From the human T2T-CHM13v2.0 reference genome, Homo sapiens: a stretch of DNA of 64,000 nt. The stretch lies in NCBI RefSeq assembly GCF_009914755.1, contig NC_060925.1; one strand, written 5' to 3'. Below are positions 26,811 through 40,098 of the stretch, piece by piece. The translations under genes and the position numbers were made by a program. The number at the start of each line of letters is the position of its first letter. Positions within the stretch are counted from its first letter, which is position 1. The notes beneath the pieces were generated by a model, which saw nothing but the letters and a program-made list of their open reading frames with translations, had not been told where the DNA came from and made no database searches.

Positions 26811-26831
26811 AAAAAAAAAAAAAAAAAAAAA
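26811..26831. repeat. Orphan A21 homopolymer
   Basis: 21 A with no adjacent Alu or L1 body. Confidence 0.95.
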
Positions 26832-29800
26832 GCGGCAGAGCCTGTGGTTTGGGGTGTGGCAGCTCTCACTGGCACTGCTCTCCTGGACTCTTGATATACT
26901 AACACATGTACAGGCAGTTGTCCTCCTAGTCCTGGTGCACAAACGAGCGTACCTCACCCCTTAGGAATCCTACAGCAGCAGAGAAACGGTGGTGGGTAGG
27001 AAAGGATGGGTGAGGATTGAGAGAGAGGATATGAATATCTGTATCTGACTATCACTGGAGATGCAGAACTACTGACAATGTTTTAAAAAAAGCATCATGG
27101 ATTTAGATGCCAAGTTCACTACTTGCTAGGTGTGTGTGTAATTTAACTTCTTTAGCTATGTGTGCAAATTAACTTCTTTAAAGTATTGCCGTTCTTGATC
27201 ACAAAATGGGGATAATCATCCTATCTTCCTCATAAGACTGGAAGAAATAAGATGAGATGCTGTATGCAATCCTGGTACTTTGCACAGTGCCCACCACAAA
27301 GTCAGCCCATGGTGACTGGGGGCTCTAGTTTCCTGCAATGGTCCTTTCATGTTTCTGAGACTAACAGTTTTCCTCTAGGAGCAAGGAGAATTGCTTCCTC
27401 TTTCCCTAATATCATGCTTAGGCATTCATTCATCCATTTATCCTACCAATATCCATCAGCTTCCACTCTGTGCCAGGCCCTGGGCCAGGCATTAGGGGTC
27501 CAGAGGATGATAAGACACCATCTAGCAAGACCCCTTGAAACTTTCCTGACTCTCCTCTTCTGACTCAGCTGCCCGACCCCCAATAACCCCCTCTAGCAAA
27601 TGAAAGTCATTTTTTGAATTCCCACAGCAGCCTCTTGCACACACCTCTGTACAGCCCTCATCCCACCATTTTATAATCACCAATGTGCCTTTCTGTCTCT
27701 TGACCACATTAATTTAAATAAATCTCACTTGGTTATTCTAACCTCTCTCCAGTTACACTCCTCCCCACCCTACTGGCTCTTTTCTGTTCAAGGATTACAC
27801 TATGGAAGATTCAAGAGCACGAGATTCTGTTTTTCTCAGAGTCCATGACTGTGTCACTCAGAGAATATAGGACTCTGTGACGGGGCTTTACCAAGATTCT
27901 AAACTTCAGGTTCCTGACTGGGAGAAAGTCCCCTGCTGGAAGGTGTCTGCTTCAATTCCCCTGCATTTGCAGAGACACACAGAGCCCTGAGAGCCTTCCA
28001 GTTCCTAGTTCCCCAGCTGGTGAAAGATGCCCACATCAGACTAATCACCTTCTAAACAAATGGCACAGTGACAAGCAGGGTTGGGGGAGAGCTGGGGCCG
28101 CACAAGCTGATGTTTTCAATTTAGAGGCCATGCATTATTTACACTGCCATTATTCCCCTCAATTTGACTTCACGCTTTAGCCCTAATTTCAGTATAATCA
28201 AAGCCAATGAATATTTAATCAGGATTGCTTCCAGAAATTGAGTAATGCCATTAACACAATGGCCTCAGGACTTCAAAGCTGCTTTCCTTCAAATGCATCT
28301 GACTTACACCTTTCCCCACCCCCTCCCCTTTAACCAGTTCTATTTCGGAATGGAAGGGAGTTTGGGACAGCGGACCGGCCCGTTACAGCTTTGCACAGAT
28401 GTCAGAAAGGTGGCTGGTACAGGGGAGCAGTGCTGGAATGGGAGTTTGAACACTGGCCTCAGTGAGAGGGACTCAGAGGAGGACAGCTAAATTCTGTGGG
28501 TGGACCCATTTTAAGGCACCCCCATTTATGAAAATACCAAACTTTAAGCCACATCCCCAAGGTGCTGCAAAGACAGACTTTTAGTTTCTAAGCACAGCCA
28601 GGTTTGGTAAGTACTAGCCTAGACCACCACCAACCCCTAAACCTCCTACACCCCCATCCCCACTCTTCACCAAGAGTGGACTCCACTTGACCCACTGGCC
28701 TGCATGGCCAGGGAGTTCAGCGCCACCTGGATTCATCTTTAAACATCTCTGGTTGAAGGGCCTTCTCATTAGGAGCAGAAGCCCGCCTTCTAATGCTACA
28801 GGCTGTCTGCGCTGGCCCTGACCCTGTCCTGGCCCCACAGAGCCAGGGTGCTTCTTCTGTCCCAGGACAGCTGGGAAAGGAGGTATTCGAAATATTAGAG
28901 ATATTTTATCTCTCTCTGTGTCCTCTCCCTCAATTAGCCAGCTGCCAGGTGCCCAGCTAGGGTCTGTGGGGGATGCACACACATCTGAACCTGCCTCCAC
29001 TTACCCCCAAGAGGCCACGTGAGCAATCAGGTGATCGCACAGATTTTTCCAAAGCACTATTACACTTGTCACTCACGTTGAGCTTGGAAGGATCCACATC
29101 ATCGAGCTGGTGACCTTCCCAAGGTCACTCAGCCAGGTGGCTCTAGGACCTGGAAGGATCTATGGGTGTTAGATGTTAAAACTAGGAGCTTTCTTAGGAC
29201 CTTTAGGTCAACCTTACCATACAAAAAGGGAAATGAGGCCCAAGGTCATACCTGGACAGTGGGAGGATAGGGCTTCAAATACAGTTATTGGGGCCTTAGA
29301 TTCCTTGCCTGATGTCTTTTCCTTTATAAAACCACCCCCACCACTACTACCACCACCTGTGGTCACCAATGCAGGAAGAAATACCCAACTGCTTGCTCAC
29401 TTGAAAAGCGGGACACAGGACTGAGGAGATGCAAATATTTCCAGGAGGGGCTTCACTCAGCATCTGTTGGGAGATCAGGCATCACCGGAGTGAGAAAGTG
29501 AGAGAGTTGAGGAGTTTATAGAAATTACAGCAATGTGGCCTACAGAGATAGCTTGGTCTGTAGTGAAAATGAGAGGTAGTTGTGCTTCAAACACGCAGAA
29601 TCAAGGGTAGCCCTTGAAATATCTTAGCCACCTCCCGGTGTCCCTGACTTCCTTCTCCGTGGCCCCTCCTCCCTGAGGAAGCCCTTGCTGACACCCTTTG
29701 CACTGGTGGGTGTCCCTCACCTCACTCCCACAGCTTGTGTGCTCACCTTCTCCCCCTCTATTGCCTACTGCATGCACCCAGGCCTCCCTCCCTAGACTGC

Positions 29801-30041
29801 AGACTCTTTGAGGGCAGGGGTGAGGCTGACATGTTTCTATATCTGGGTAATATTCTGTAGCTGTCACCAACTCAGCCCCTGCCAGTAGAGGATTCAGCTG
29901 CTCTTCACCAAGCAAGACAGAAGGTTGTCTAAGCTTTACTATTCTGAAGGGCCAGGGAGCTTACCACGGCCCGGGTTCATCTTTGGACATCACCAAAGCA
30001 CCACCTGGTTCATTAGGAGAGGAAGGAATGAAAATGCCCCG

Positions 30042-30060
30042 TGCTGCCACCTGCTGGTGA
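30042..30060 (-). promoter_or_regulatory. Strong candidate CTCF motif, reverse (tcaccagcaggtggcagca)
   Basis: Near-consensus CCAGCAGGTGGCAG core. Confidence 0.65.
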
Positions 30061-31479
30061 CTTCCAGCATGGCGCCCTGAGAATCCACTTTGTTCTTTCT
30101 ACAGAAAGGCTAGGGAAAGGAAGGGATGTTTATGGAGCCCCTGCCAGGTGCCAGTGCTCTACTCTCTAGGTCTCACTTAATCTAGATAACAATTCTGAAG
30201 GGCAGGCATTATCTTTCCCATTTTACAGATAGGTAAAGTGAGGCTGAGAGAAGTGTGGTAATACAATGGTAAGTAGGAAGCAAAGATGAGACTTGGGTCC
30301 CCATCTACTGACTTCTGGTCCAGTGATTTTTCCAGTGCTTCAAAAACTAATCCAGATGAATGGATCTATAGCTGAGAGATTTCAGTACTGACCAGAAAGA
30401 TAGAAATAGCATTACGGGTTTCTAGCAACTTCCTTGGTATCCCTGAAATCACACTATGTAACCATTCACCTACTCCATTAATTCTGGCCCTTGAGACATA
30501 CCCAGAATAAAGATACAGAAAGAATGGTGACAGAAACCTCTCTAGATCTGGAGCCTGAAATCACTTAAAGAAGTTTGGGCAAATGTCCTGACACCTGGGT
30601 TGATGCAAGAGGCTAACTTCCTGGTGGTTTATGGAAAAGGTGGCTGAATATTTGAGAAAAAAACGTTATATGCAGCTTCTGAGCCTCAGCCACCCAGCCT
30701 GACTCTGGTCACAACTGGATCCCTCAGCCGGATTCCAGACCAAACCCCAAGGCCAGTTACCAAATGACTACTGTCACGGAATGACTCCTAAGGCTGGGCC
30801 ATGGCTGGACTGAGCCTGGAATAGCCCAGGCTCTGGACTGTGTTCTCCCTCCACTGTACCCAGGCCATGGTGACCCTCCACTCTGGGAAATCTGCCTCCA
30901 TACACACAGCTAAGCCTTGGTTTGGGGGTGACCTCAGCTAGGCCATGGGCACTGAGGATGGTTACCAGGCTTGGGGCCAGTCCAAGAAAAGATCAGTGGG
31001 ATGCAGGGTGCAGGGAAGCATAGAGAAGCAGCAAAGAGGCTGGAGTGGACAGGGAAAGGTGGTGATAAACCAGAGCATGGGCCTGGCAGGGAGATGAGAA
31101 GAGGAAGGTCACTACGGTACAGTGGGAGAGAAGCCCAATAGCTCAGAGCCTTCAAAGACCTCCTTACCCAACACCAACATTTTGACTCAAAGAAAAAGGA
31201 AACTGCCAAGGCCACCTGAGATGTTGGTGGCCGAGACCAGATCAGAACCAAGTGCCTTTTGTCCTCATCCTGAGCTCCTCCACTGCTCACATGGGGAGCT
31301 GGATCACTGTGATGTTTCTGTCCTTTAGTCCTGCCCAGCTCACAGCAGCCCTGTGTACTTGTGGGCCACAGATTCTTATCTCCATTTGATGAATTGGGAG
31401 ACCAAGGCTCATACAGGAGACAAACCTTGCCCAAGAAGAGGGCATGAAACTGAGCAGTGTCTCCTGGCCTCAAGTCCCA

Positions 31480-31680
31480 CCTACTATGTGCCCAGCATTG
31501 GGACAGGTACGTTACATGTACACCATCATTTCATTTTCACAACACCCTGGCGAGGTAATGCTGTTGTCCTATTTTATAGATGAGAATGCTAAGGCCCAGA
31601 GAAGTTAAATAACTGGTCACAGAGCAAAAAAATAGGAAGGAGAGCAGTGTTTAAACCTAGGTCCAGCTGATCCCAAACTG
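31480..31680 (-). mobile_element. MIR SINE
   Basis: ctactatgtgcc..attttatagatgagaatgctaaggcccagagaagttaaataact. Confidence 0.75.
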
Positions 31681-32189
31681 CTAGCTGCCCTTAGAAGCTG
31701 GAATCACCTCCCCACATCTTTAAAACAATTTAACTCTCATTGGTGCTAGTAGGTTGGGGATCCTCTGTGGACCATATATTTCTCTAGCTGCATCTCTACA
31801 TCCAAAGATTTTCCTGGTCTCTCATGCCTGCCTCTAGGAGGAGGACATCCATAATTCTGGTCCTACAGCCAGACATTGTCCCAGCATGTGGGGCTCAGCT
31901 TTCATTTCTATCCTGTCTCAGGGGGAGCTCTGCATAGGACCCAGGCTTTGGAGTCAGGCAGCAAGGGTTTGCCTACTGGCTAGGTTGCTTAATGCTCTGT
32001 GGTCTTAGGCATGATACAGACCCTTTTAGCCCCTGAGTTTTGTTCTCTGTAAAATAGGGACAATAATGCCTACTTTGTGGCGATGCTGTAAGAATATAAA
32101 ATTCTTGGCACATAGTAGGCACTCAATTAATTATCGTTTGAATATTATCATTTTTACATTTATGTCTGTGTCTTTCTCTGTACAAGATA

Positions 32190-32640
32190 CTGTTTGCTGT
32201 CATGCCCATATTCCATCAGCCCACCTCATGCAACCTGATGTTCAACTACCAGCATCTGTACCTGATGCCTCTCTCTGGCCATTGGAATCCACTCTGTCCA
32301 TATACATGGCAAGACAAAGGTGCCAAAGAATTTACACCTTCTTCCCCAATCCAACAGCTCTCAATCAATGACTGATGAGAATTTGTGAATAAATTACCCT
32401 GGCTCTCTTACCTTTTGTTGGGGATAATTGCAAGGCATATTCTACACTGTCTCCCAGAGTGAGCAGCATTGAACCTCAGTTGTCCACAAAGGGTGAAGTT
32501 TTCAGTAACTTACCCTTGATTGGCTTCCTTCCCGTTTCTATCTTATTTCCCATTTCCTCCTGGTTTTTCTCATTTTCCAAAAAAATTACTTGCATTCAGG
32601 GTCTTGTCTCAGGGTCTGCTCTGGGATAACCCAAACCATG
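32190..32640 (+). mobile_element. LTR16-family (ERVL) solo LTR
   Basis: aacagctctcaatcaatgactga..tctacactgtctcccagag..tacttgca..ttgtctcagggtctgctctggga.aacccaaac. Confidence 0.7.
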
Positions 32641-32651
32641 CACTCTCATGA

Positions 32652-32960
<309 letters not shown>

Positions 32961-34198
32961 TAGGTTCCCTCCATTTTGGCTCCCAGGAATCCAGCTATTT
33001 GGGGCAATGTCTGTAGGGCAGTTCCTGAAGCTGGAGCAAGTTATCCAGCACATCCAGGCTCCCTCTGACAGTATCCTGTCCATGATGCTCCTTGTGCTCT
33101 TCTTCCAGGATGGTTAGCAAGGAGAGGGCTGCACAGCACAATTGAAATGCACAGCATTTGCATGGAGCATGGGGCTTTGTTCTGACAGCAAACAAGGGAA
33201 GTCTGCCATATGTGGAGGCTCAGCTATCAAGGGCTTCACTTAAGAGGAAATTAGCCTCAACATTCAGAGGAGGGAAATGTAAAATGATGTCCCCTTCTGA
33301 GAAAGGCAGTGTGTGGACCTGACAGGTAGGAGGGCATGTGTGGTCTCAACTGGCTGCCACACTATCTGCATGTCCCTCTGCTGTGTTCCAAGATTATTTC
33401 AGCATCCCAAGTGCAGGGCCATCTCTTATCTACCCACAAAAGAGCCAAGAAGGAAAGGAAGGGAGCTAAGAAGTTTTGATCACCCACCATGTGCCACAGA
33501 CCTCATATACACTACCTCATCTAATCCCCAGAAAAGTCAGCAAGTCTGTAATTATTATCCCATTTATACAAGGCAGGAAACTGAGTCTCAGGGAGGTGAT
33601 GAATACTGTCCATGGCAGGTCTTGCAGTAAATGGAGGAGTCAGGCTTCAAAGCCAGGTTTGTCTGACTCCACTATCTTTGTTCTTTCCCTTCTCCTCCCA
33701 CCCCAACGAGAACACAGTGCCAGTGAAAGGGCTTGTAGCATCAGAGATAAGCTGAGATCAAAACTCTTGGCTGAAGTGCAGCGTGAACATTCTGGGGGAT
33801 TTTTCTGTTTGCACTCATGCCCAAGCCCAGGAGTGGTGGGAAAGAGCCTTTGGTCCATCTCCCCATGACCCTCTGGCCACACCTGCATCTTTGCTCAAGC
33901 TGCCTCCTGCTTGGGATGCTCCTCCTCAGTCCCTCCCCTTTAAGAGCCAGCCTTAGTCTTCCAGGAAGCCTTCTCCTGCCCCTTCAGACCTCTCTTGCTT
34001 CTCTTTTCATCCACACATTCAGACCTGGGAAGAGGCAGCTGATCCAGGAGAACACCCACCCTGTGGGGTGGGGACACTGCTTCCTGGTCCTATCTGTGAC
34101 TCTGTGTGACCATAGGCAGGTGTCTGCCTCATTTTGGTTCTGTTTCTTCATCTATAAACTGGGAAGAATAATACATGTTCTACCTAATACCAGATTGG

Positions 34199-34366
34199 CT
34201 TTTTTTTCTTTTTCTTTTTCTTTTTCTTTTCTTTTCTTTTTTAGAGATAGATCTCATTGTATTTCCCAGGCTGGAGTGCAGTGGCTGTTCACAGGTGCCA
34301 TCATGGCGCACTGCAGCCTCAGCCTCTGAGTAACTGGAGCTACAGGCACACACAGCCACATCCAAC
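34199..34366 (-). mobile_element. FAM (fossil Alu monomer) inserted in a MIR
   Basis: Contains the 7SL-derived segment gtgcagtggctgttcacaggtgccatcat, absent from dimeric Alus; T-rich tail. Confidence 0.75.
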
Positions 34367-35037
34367 CCAGGTTGTTTTTAGCATCAAGTTAGATAATAGA
34401 CATTAAAATGCTTTAAAATTGTTAATGTATAATACACTGGATGATGATTAACAGCACTGGGTGATGATTAATAACTTGATTCATACTGAGGGTGTGTTTT
34501 GTGCATTCACCAAATAGTTTTTGAGCACCCACCGGATGCCAGTTCCTTTGTTGGGTTTTATTGTTGAATAAAACAATAAAAATCCATAATTCTGAACTCT
34601 CAGTCTACTAGAGGAAATAGACATAAATGAATGAATGAATGAGTTAATGAACGAATGAAGCACATAAAATTACCCTTCATTGAATGTTATACTATTGGTA
34701 TAGTAGCTGACTAGTAATATTTAACATGGCATCTCCCATCTTTCCATTAAAAATTTCATGAAGACATAAAATAACACAAAATGACAATAGTCATATGAAT
34801 TGTCTAATTTGGGGGTGGGTAATTTCAGCACTCCACCTCTGACTATTCACCCCCATGCCAAACTGTGTGAAAACACTTTACTTCCTGCATGTCCTGTCCC
34901 TAAACCTTGGATGCATTGAGCAGGAAAGCAGGAGTCCACCGGTTTAGACGACCCGCCTTCTGCTTTCTGAGCCAGCCAGAGCCTGAGTCCTGCACTGCCC
35001 TCCCTCTCCCTGGCCCTATGTTCCCCTCTTCTTCTTC

Positions 35038-35358
<321 letters not shown>

Positions 35359-36654
35359 TCTTCTTTTTTAACATTCACTCAGAAATGGCAACTCTAAGCA
35401 TGCAGCACAACAGGAAGTAGGGGATAGGCTGGCATCCAGGAACACCTGGACACTTAAAGAAAAGCCTGGTAAACAGGGATGAAATAGAAAGTGCATTGGA
35501 GGTAGTGCATGCTGCAGGGAAGGAGGGTCTTTTAGGTACTATTCTGGGCAAGGAGGAAGTACAAATTGCATTTGATTCCGTAGTCAGAAAATCTAGAAGT
35601 TGACCCTGGAGTAAAACCAACTTCAGGCAGGCAAAATCAGCCCACAAACAGAACTGGGGCAGGGCACCTTGACTTGAATTTCAGGTCTAAATCTGGAGAT
35701 GCACATCCCACAGTGAGGGGTTAACAGTGCTTTACTTTTAAGCTTCCTTTTTGCAAATGCCAGGTCTGCAGAGACTCTGCTCTATTCAAAGATGATTAAG
35801 CAAAACAAAATAATACCTCCAAGAAACAAAAAATGGGCCTTTAAAGAGATACACTACAGCAAAAAGGAAACATTGCCCTAAAAACTTAGAGAAAGAGAAA
35901 GTTGAAAGAAAATCGAGAATGCTTCAGAGACCATCTGCTTGGTGTTCTTCAAGAGATGCAAGAAGACTTGGCTTCTAAGAAGAGAAGGAAGGAGGATAAG
36001 ATAAAGGCAGAGATGCAAAGGAAGCTGAAAGTAAGACAATACGGCAAGTCGGGACAAAATAAAATACCACATTAAAATTCCCATGGCAGTGAGAAAAAAC
36101 AGAATTGACACTGCAGAAAACTGAAACAGTGATGAGGACAAATTTGAGCAATTCTCAACGAATGCAGAAAAAGAGGTCATAGATGAAGATAAGAAAGGAG
36201 ATGATAGATACAAAAGAAAAGAATAAGTCTAGATTCGAATTATCAATATTCCTGGTAGGGATGGGGTATAAAATAAAAAAGAAAAGTGACAAATACATAA
36301 TAGGGAAAAAGGACTTTCAGATACAAAGCAAGTATCTACTTGAGTCAAAAGCCAAAAAGAGATCAGTGTTCCAGGCAATGTTAATAATAATAACCAAAAA
36401 GACATAGTTAGCTAGATCTTGGCAAAATAAACCTCAAGGGTTATGTGAACACACAGGTAGGAAAACAGGTGGGCAATTAAGAAACAAAAACCCATCTCTG
36501 AATTTTCCTTAGCACTAGAATCAGAAAAAAAGAGTTATCAAGCATTGAAGGGGATATCAAGAAAAATAAAAACATATAAAATTCTATGTTGTATAAAGAG
36601 AAGTAAAAAATTATTGCTTTGTTGTTAACTGATAATTAGAGAAATATAGATACA

Positions 36655-37891
36655 CACCCATGCATTGCTAAAGGATGGGGATATGTTCTGGGAAATGCCT
36701 CATTAGGCAATTGCATGGTTGTACGAACAGCACAGAGTGTACTTACACAAACCTAGATGGTATACACTACTATATACCTAAGCTGTATGGTGTACCTATG
36801 GCTCCTAGGCTATGAACCTGTACAGCATGGTACTGTACTGAGTACTACGGGAAATTGTAACTCAATGGAAAGTATTTATGTATCTCAGCATATCTACACT
36901 TGATCTTGCCAAAAGGCCAAAAAGTGATCTATCTAGACATGTTTAAACAGAAAAGGTACGGTAAAATATAGTATAAAGATTTAAAATTGTATGCCTCTAT
37001 AGGGCACTTATAGTATAAAACAGAGCTTGAAGAACTGGCGGTGGTGAGCGAATGTGAAGGCCTTGAACATTGCTGTGCACGAGTGTAGACTTTAGAAACA
37101 CTGTTCACTTAGGCTACAATCAATTTGTTAAAAATAATTTTCTTTTTCAATAATAAATTAACCTCAGTTTACTATGACTTTTTTACTTTATAAACTTTTA
37201 ATTTTTTTAACTTTTTGACTCTTAATAACACTTAGCTTAAAATACAAACACATTGTACTCCTGTACAAAAATACTTTCTTTATATCCTTATTCTATAAGC
37301 TTTTTTCCATGTTTAAAATTGTTAAGTTTTTTTTACTCTTTAAACATTTTTGTTAAAAACTAAGACAGGAACACACACATTAGCCTAGGCCCACGCAAGG
37401 TCAGGATCAACAATATCACTGTCCTCTACCTCCACATCTTGTGACATGGGAAGGTCTTCAGGGGCAATAACAGGCATGGAGCTGTCATTTCCTATGATAA
37501 CAATGCCTTCTGGAATACCTCCTGAAGGACCTGCCTGAGGGTGTTTTTATAGTTAACTTCTTTGTATAAGAAGGAGTATCCTCCAAAATAATAATTAAAA
37601 GTATAGTGTAGGAAGTACATAAGCCAATCCCACAGTCATTCATTATCATTATCAACTATGACGTCCTGCGCATGATTGTATGTGCTGTACTTTTATATGA
37701 CCGGCAGCACAGTAGCTCTATTTACACCAGCATCACTGCAATCATGTGAGTAATGCTTTCTACTACAATATAGCAATGTCTGCGCTGTCACTAGGCGATG
37801 GGAATTTTTCAGCTCCATTATAATCTTATGGGACCACTGTTGTACACACAGTCCATCTTTGACCAAAACATCATTATGTGGCACACGACTA
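36655..37891 (+). mobile_element. Tigger3b (TcMar-Tigger) DNA transposon, essentially full length (~1.24 kb)
   Basis: 5' end catgcattgctaaaggatggggatatgttctg..gtgtacttacacaaacctagatggta; 3' end cattataatcttatgggaccact..gaccaaaacatcattatgtggcacacgact. Confidence 0.85.
36894..36928 (-). pseudogene. 3'-truncated (tailless) U2 snRNA retropseudogene fragment, U2 nt ~1-36
   Basis: Reverse complement ATCACTTTTTGGCCTTTTGGC-AAGATCAAGTGTAG vs U2 5' end ATCGCTTCTCGGCCTTTTGGCTAAGATCAAGTGTAG (3 substitutions, 1 gap); flanked by duplicated tatcta-containing target sequence. Confidence 0.85.
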
Positions 37892-39767
37892 TAACTGTAT
37901 GTCACACATTTTAAAGCATGCATTAGGGAATGAATTTACAAAGAGTACTTTAAACTTCTATATTAATTTTAAAAATAAAAAACAGTTTATTAAAAAAATA
38001 GAGAAAACATTAAGAGCAAAAAATGTATAAAAAAGAGAAAGTATACAATTGGGTGACAAAGTCAAACAGCAGATATGAAATGATGGTAAACAGTCTGAAT
38101 TATTCTATTAGGGGACAAAAATTCCCAAGCTAAAATGAAAACATTAAATTATGTGCAACTTACAAGAGATAAATCTCATAAAAATTGTTAACATTTATTG
38201 CATACTTGCCATGTGTATTGCATTGTACTAACCATTTCACATACATTGTCTCATCTAATTCTCCCAATAAACATATGAGGCAGAAATATCATTACCCTTG
38301 GGTCTCAGGTTTGGCAACTGCAGCATAGGGGGCTAAGTAACTTGCCCAGGTCAAACAGCTAACTTATAGTAGAAATGAGATTTAAATCCAGTCTGATCTC
38401 AGAGCACAACTTCTTAAACATTACCTTCTTCTGCATCTCAGGCAAAATTACACAGTAATGTTAAAAATTAAACTTCCAAAATGTTTTAGGCACACCCAAT
38501 TAAATAGAAAGCAGAGGTGACAATGTTAATCACAAAGCAGAATTTGAGGCAAAATTATTTAACAAGGAAGAGATTGATGGTGTTAAGTTGATAAAAAGCA
38601 AAATTTATATTGAAGATTGAACAGTGAACCTATTGCACCCAACAAAACATTCCAATTTAAAGCAATAAATATTAGAAATTCAGGGAGAAAGCAACAGAAA
38701 TTGTAGCAGGAGGTTACATGGCATACATAGAGAACAATAAAAAGTGAATTTGGTTGTTTCCAGTTTCAGACATTCCTACTTAGGCAATTAAAAAGTATAT
38801 TTAAAAAGCAAAAAAAGAGCAACACAAAACTGATGATGTGCTTAACTCCAGGGTAAACAAAGTGATAGGGCATTGAGAAATATGTTGGTAATGTTCTAAT
38901 TCTGGGGTTGGGTAGTGAGTTTGCAAGTGTTCATTATATGATTATGCTTTATAACTTATGGACCTATATTATTTTATATGTATTAGATATTTTAAAAGAT
39001 GAAGAAAAATGCCAAAAGGAAACTTAAGTAAGGAAAAAGATTTGAAAAATAATAAAGTTTACTTAATGACATGTAACAATTTCTACTCTACAAACATAAA
39101 TGAATTTGGTAAATTCCAAATGATAAAAAGATATACAATTTTCATTCTCAAAATATAACTGCTAAAACCAGAAATAAGGAACAGTGTTTCAACAACAGGA
39201 ATAGCTGCAGCTAACTGCCACATGGAAATTGAAATCACTTTTCTAAAAAATATTATGTCAAATAATAAAAAAATACAACTACAAAATATTTAGAAAATAA
39301 TGAAAATAAGAAAACAATTTATCAAACTAATGGAAAGCTGCAAGTACATAATTTGAAAAAGAACCAAAAAGAAACCTGTGGAAAGCAGTAGGAAAGAAGT
39401 AGTAAAAATGTAAATAAAAAAAGTTAGAAAACAGAAAAATAGTAAATTTGACGACAAAATCCAAGAGCTAACTCCATAAATTTTTGTTAAATAAATGAAT
39501 GCATCAATGACTAAATGATGAGTGCATTAATAAATGAAGTGACTATCTGGGGTTCCCACATCTGAATCCAGAGCTGTTACCTGGATATGGTATCCAAGCT
39601 GTCTATGCTCTGAGGGTCAGCCTCTGACATCCGGAATAGTCACTTAAAGAGAAAACTTTGAGCCATCTGGTCATGTTCCTGAGGTCGTTCTTGAGTGAAG
39701 CACCCCAGCTAGGAAATCAGTCATCTCCCAGGCTCTCCTTCCTGTCCTGAACTTGCCTAAAGAGTTA

Positions 39768-40098
<331 letters not shown>

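Larger units (their letters stand above)
35750..39480 (+). mobile_element. Highly decayed old L1 (L1M/L1ME) ORF1-ORF2 region interrupted by Tigger3b and MIR
   Basis: Long, strongly A-rich + strand tract with L1-like remnants (aaagcagaggtgacaatgttaat, gaaaataatgaaaat..atcaaa, aaatccaagagct). Confidence 0.6.

Noticed and set aside
30934-31473. 179-aa minus-strand ORF
   Set aside because: Non-ATG start, partly MIR-derived, composition typical of random GC-rich DNA.
33817-34329. 170-aa ORF
   Set aside because: Crosses L2, MIR and FAM repeats.
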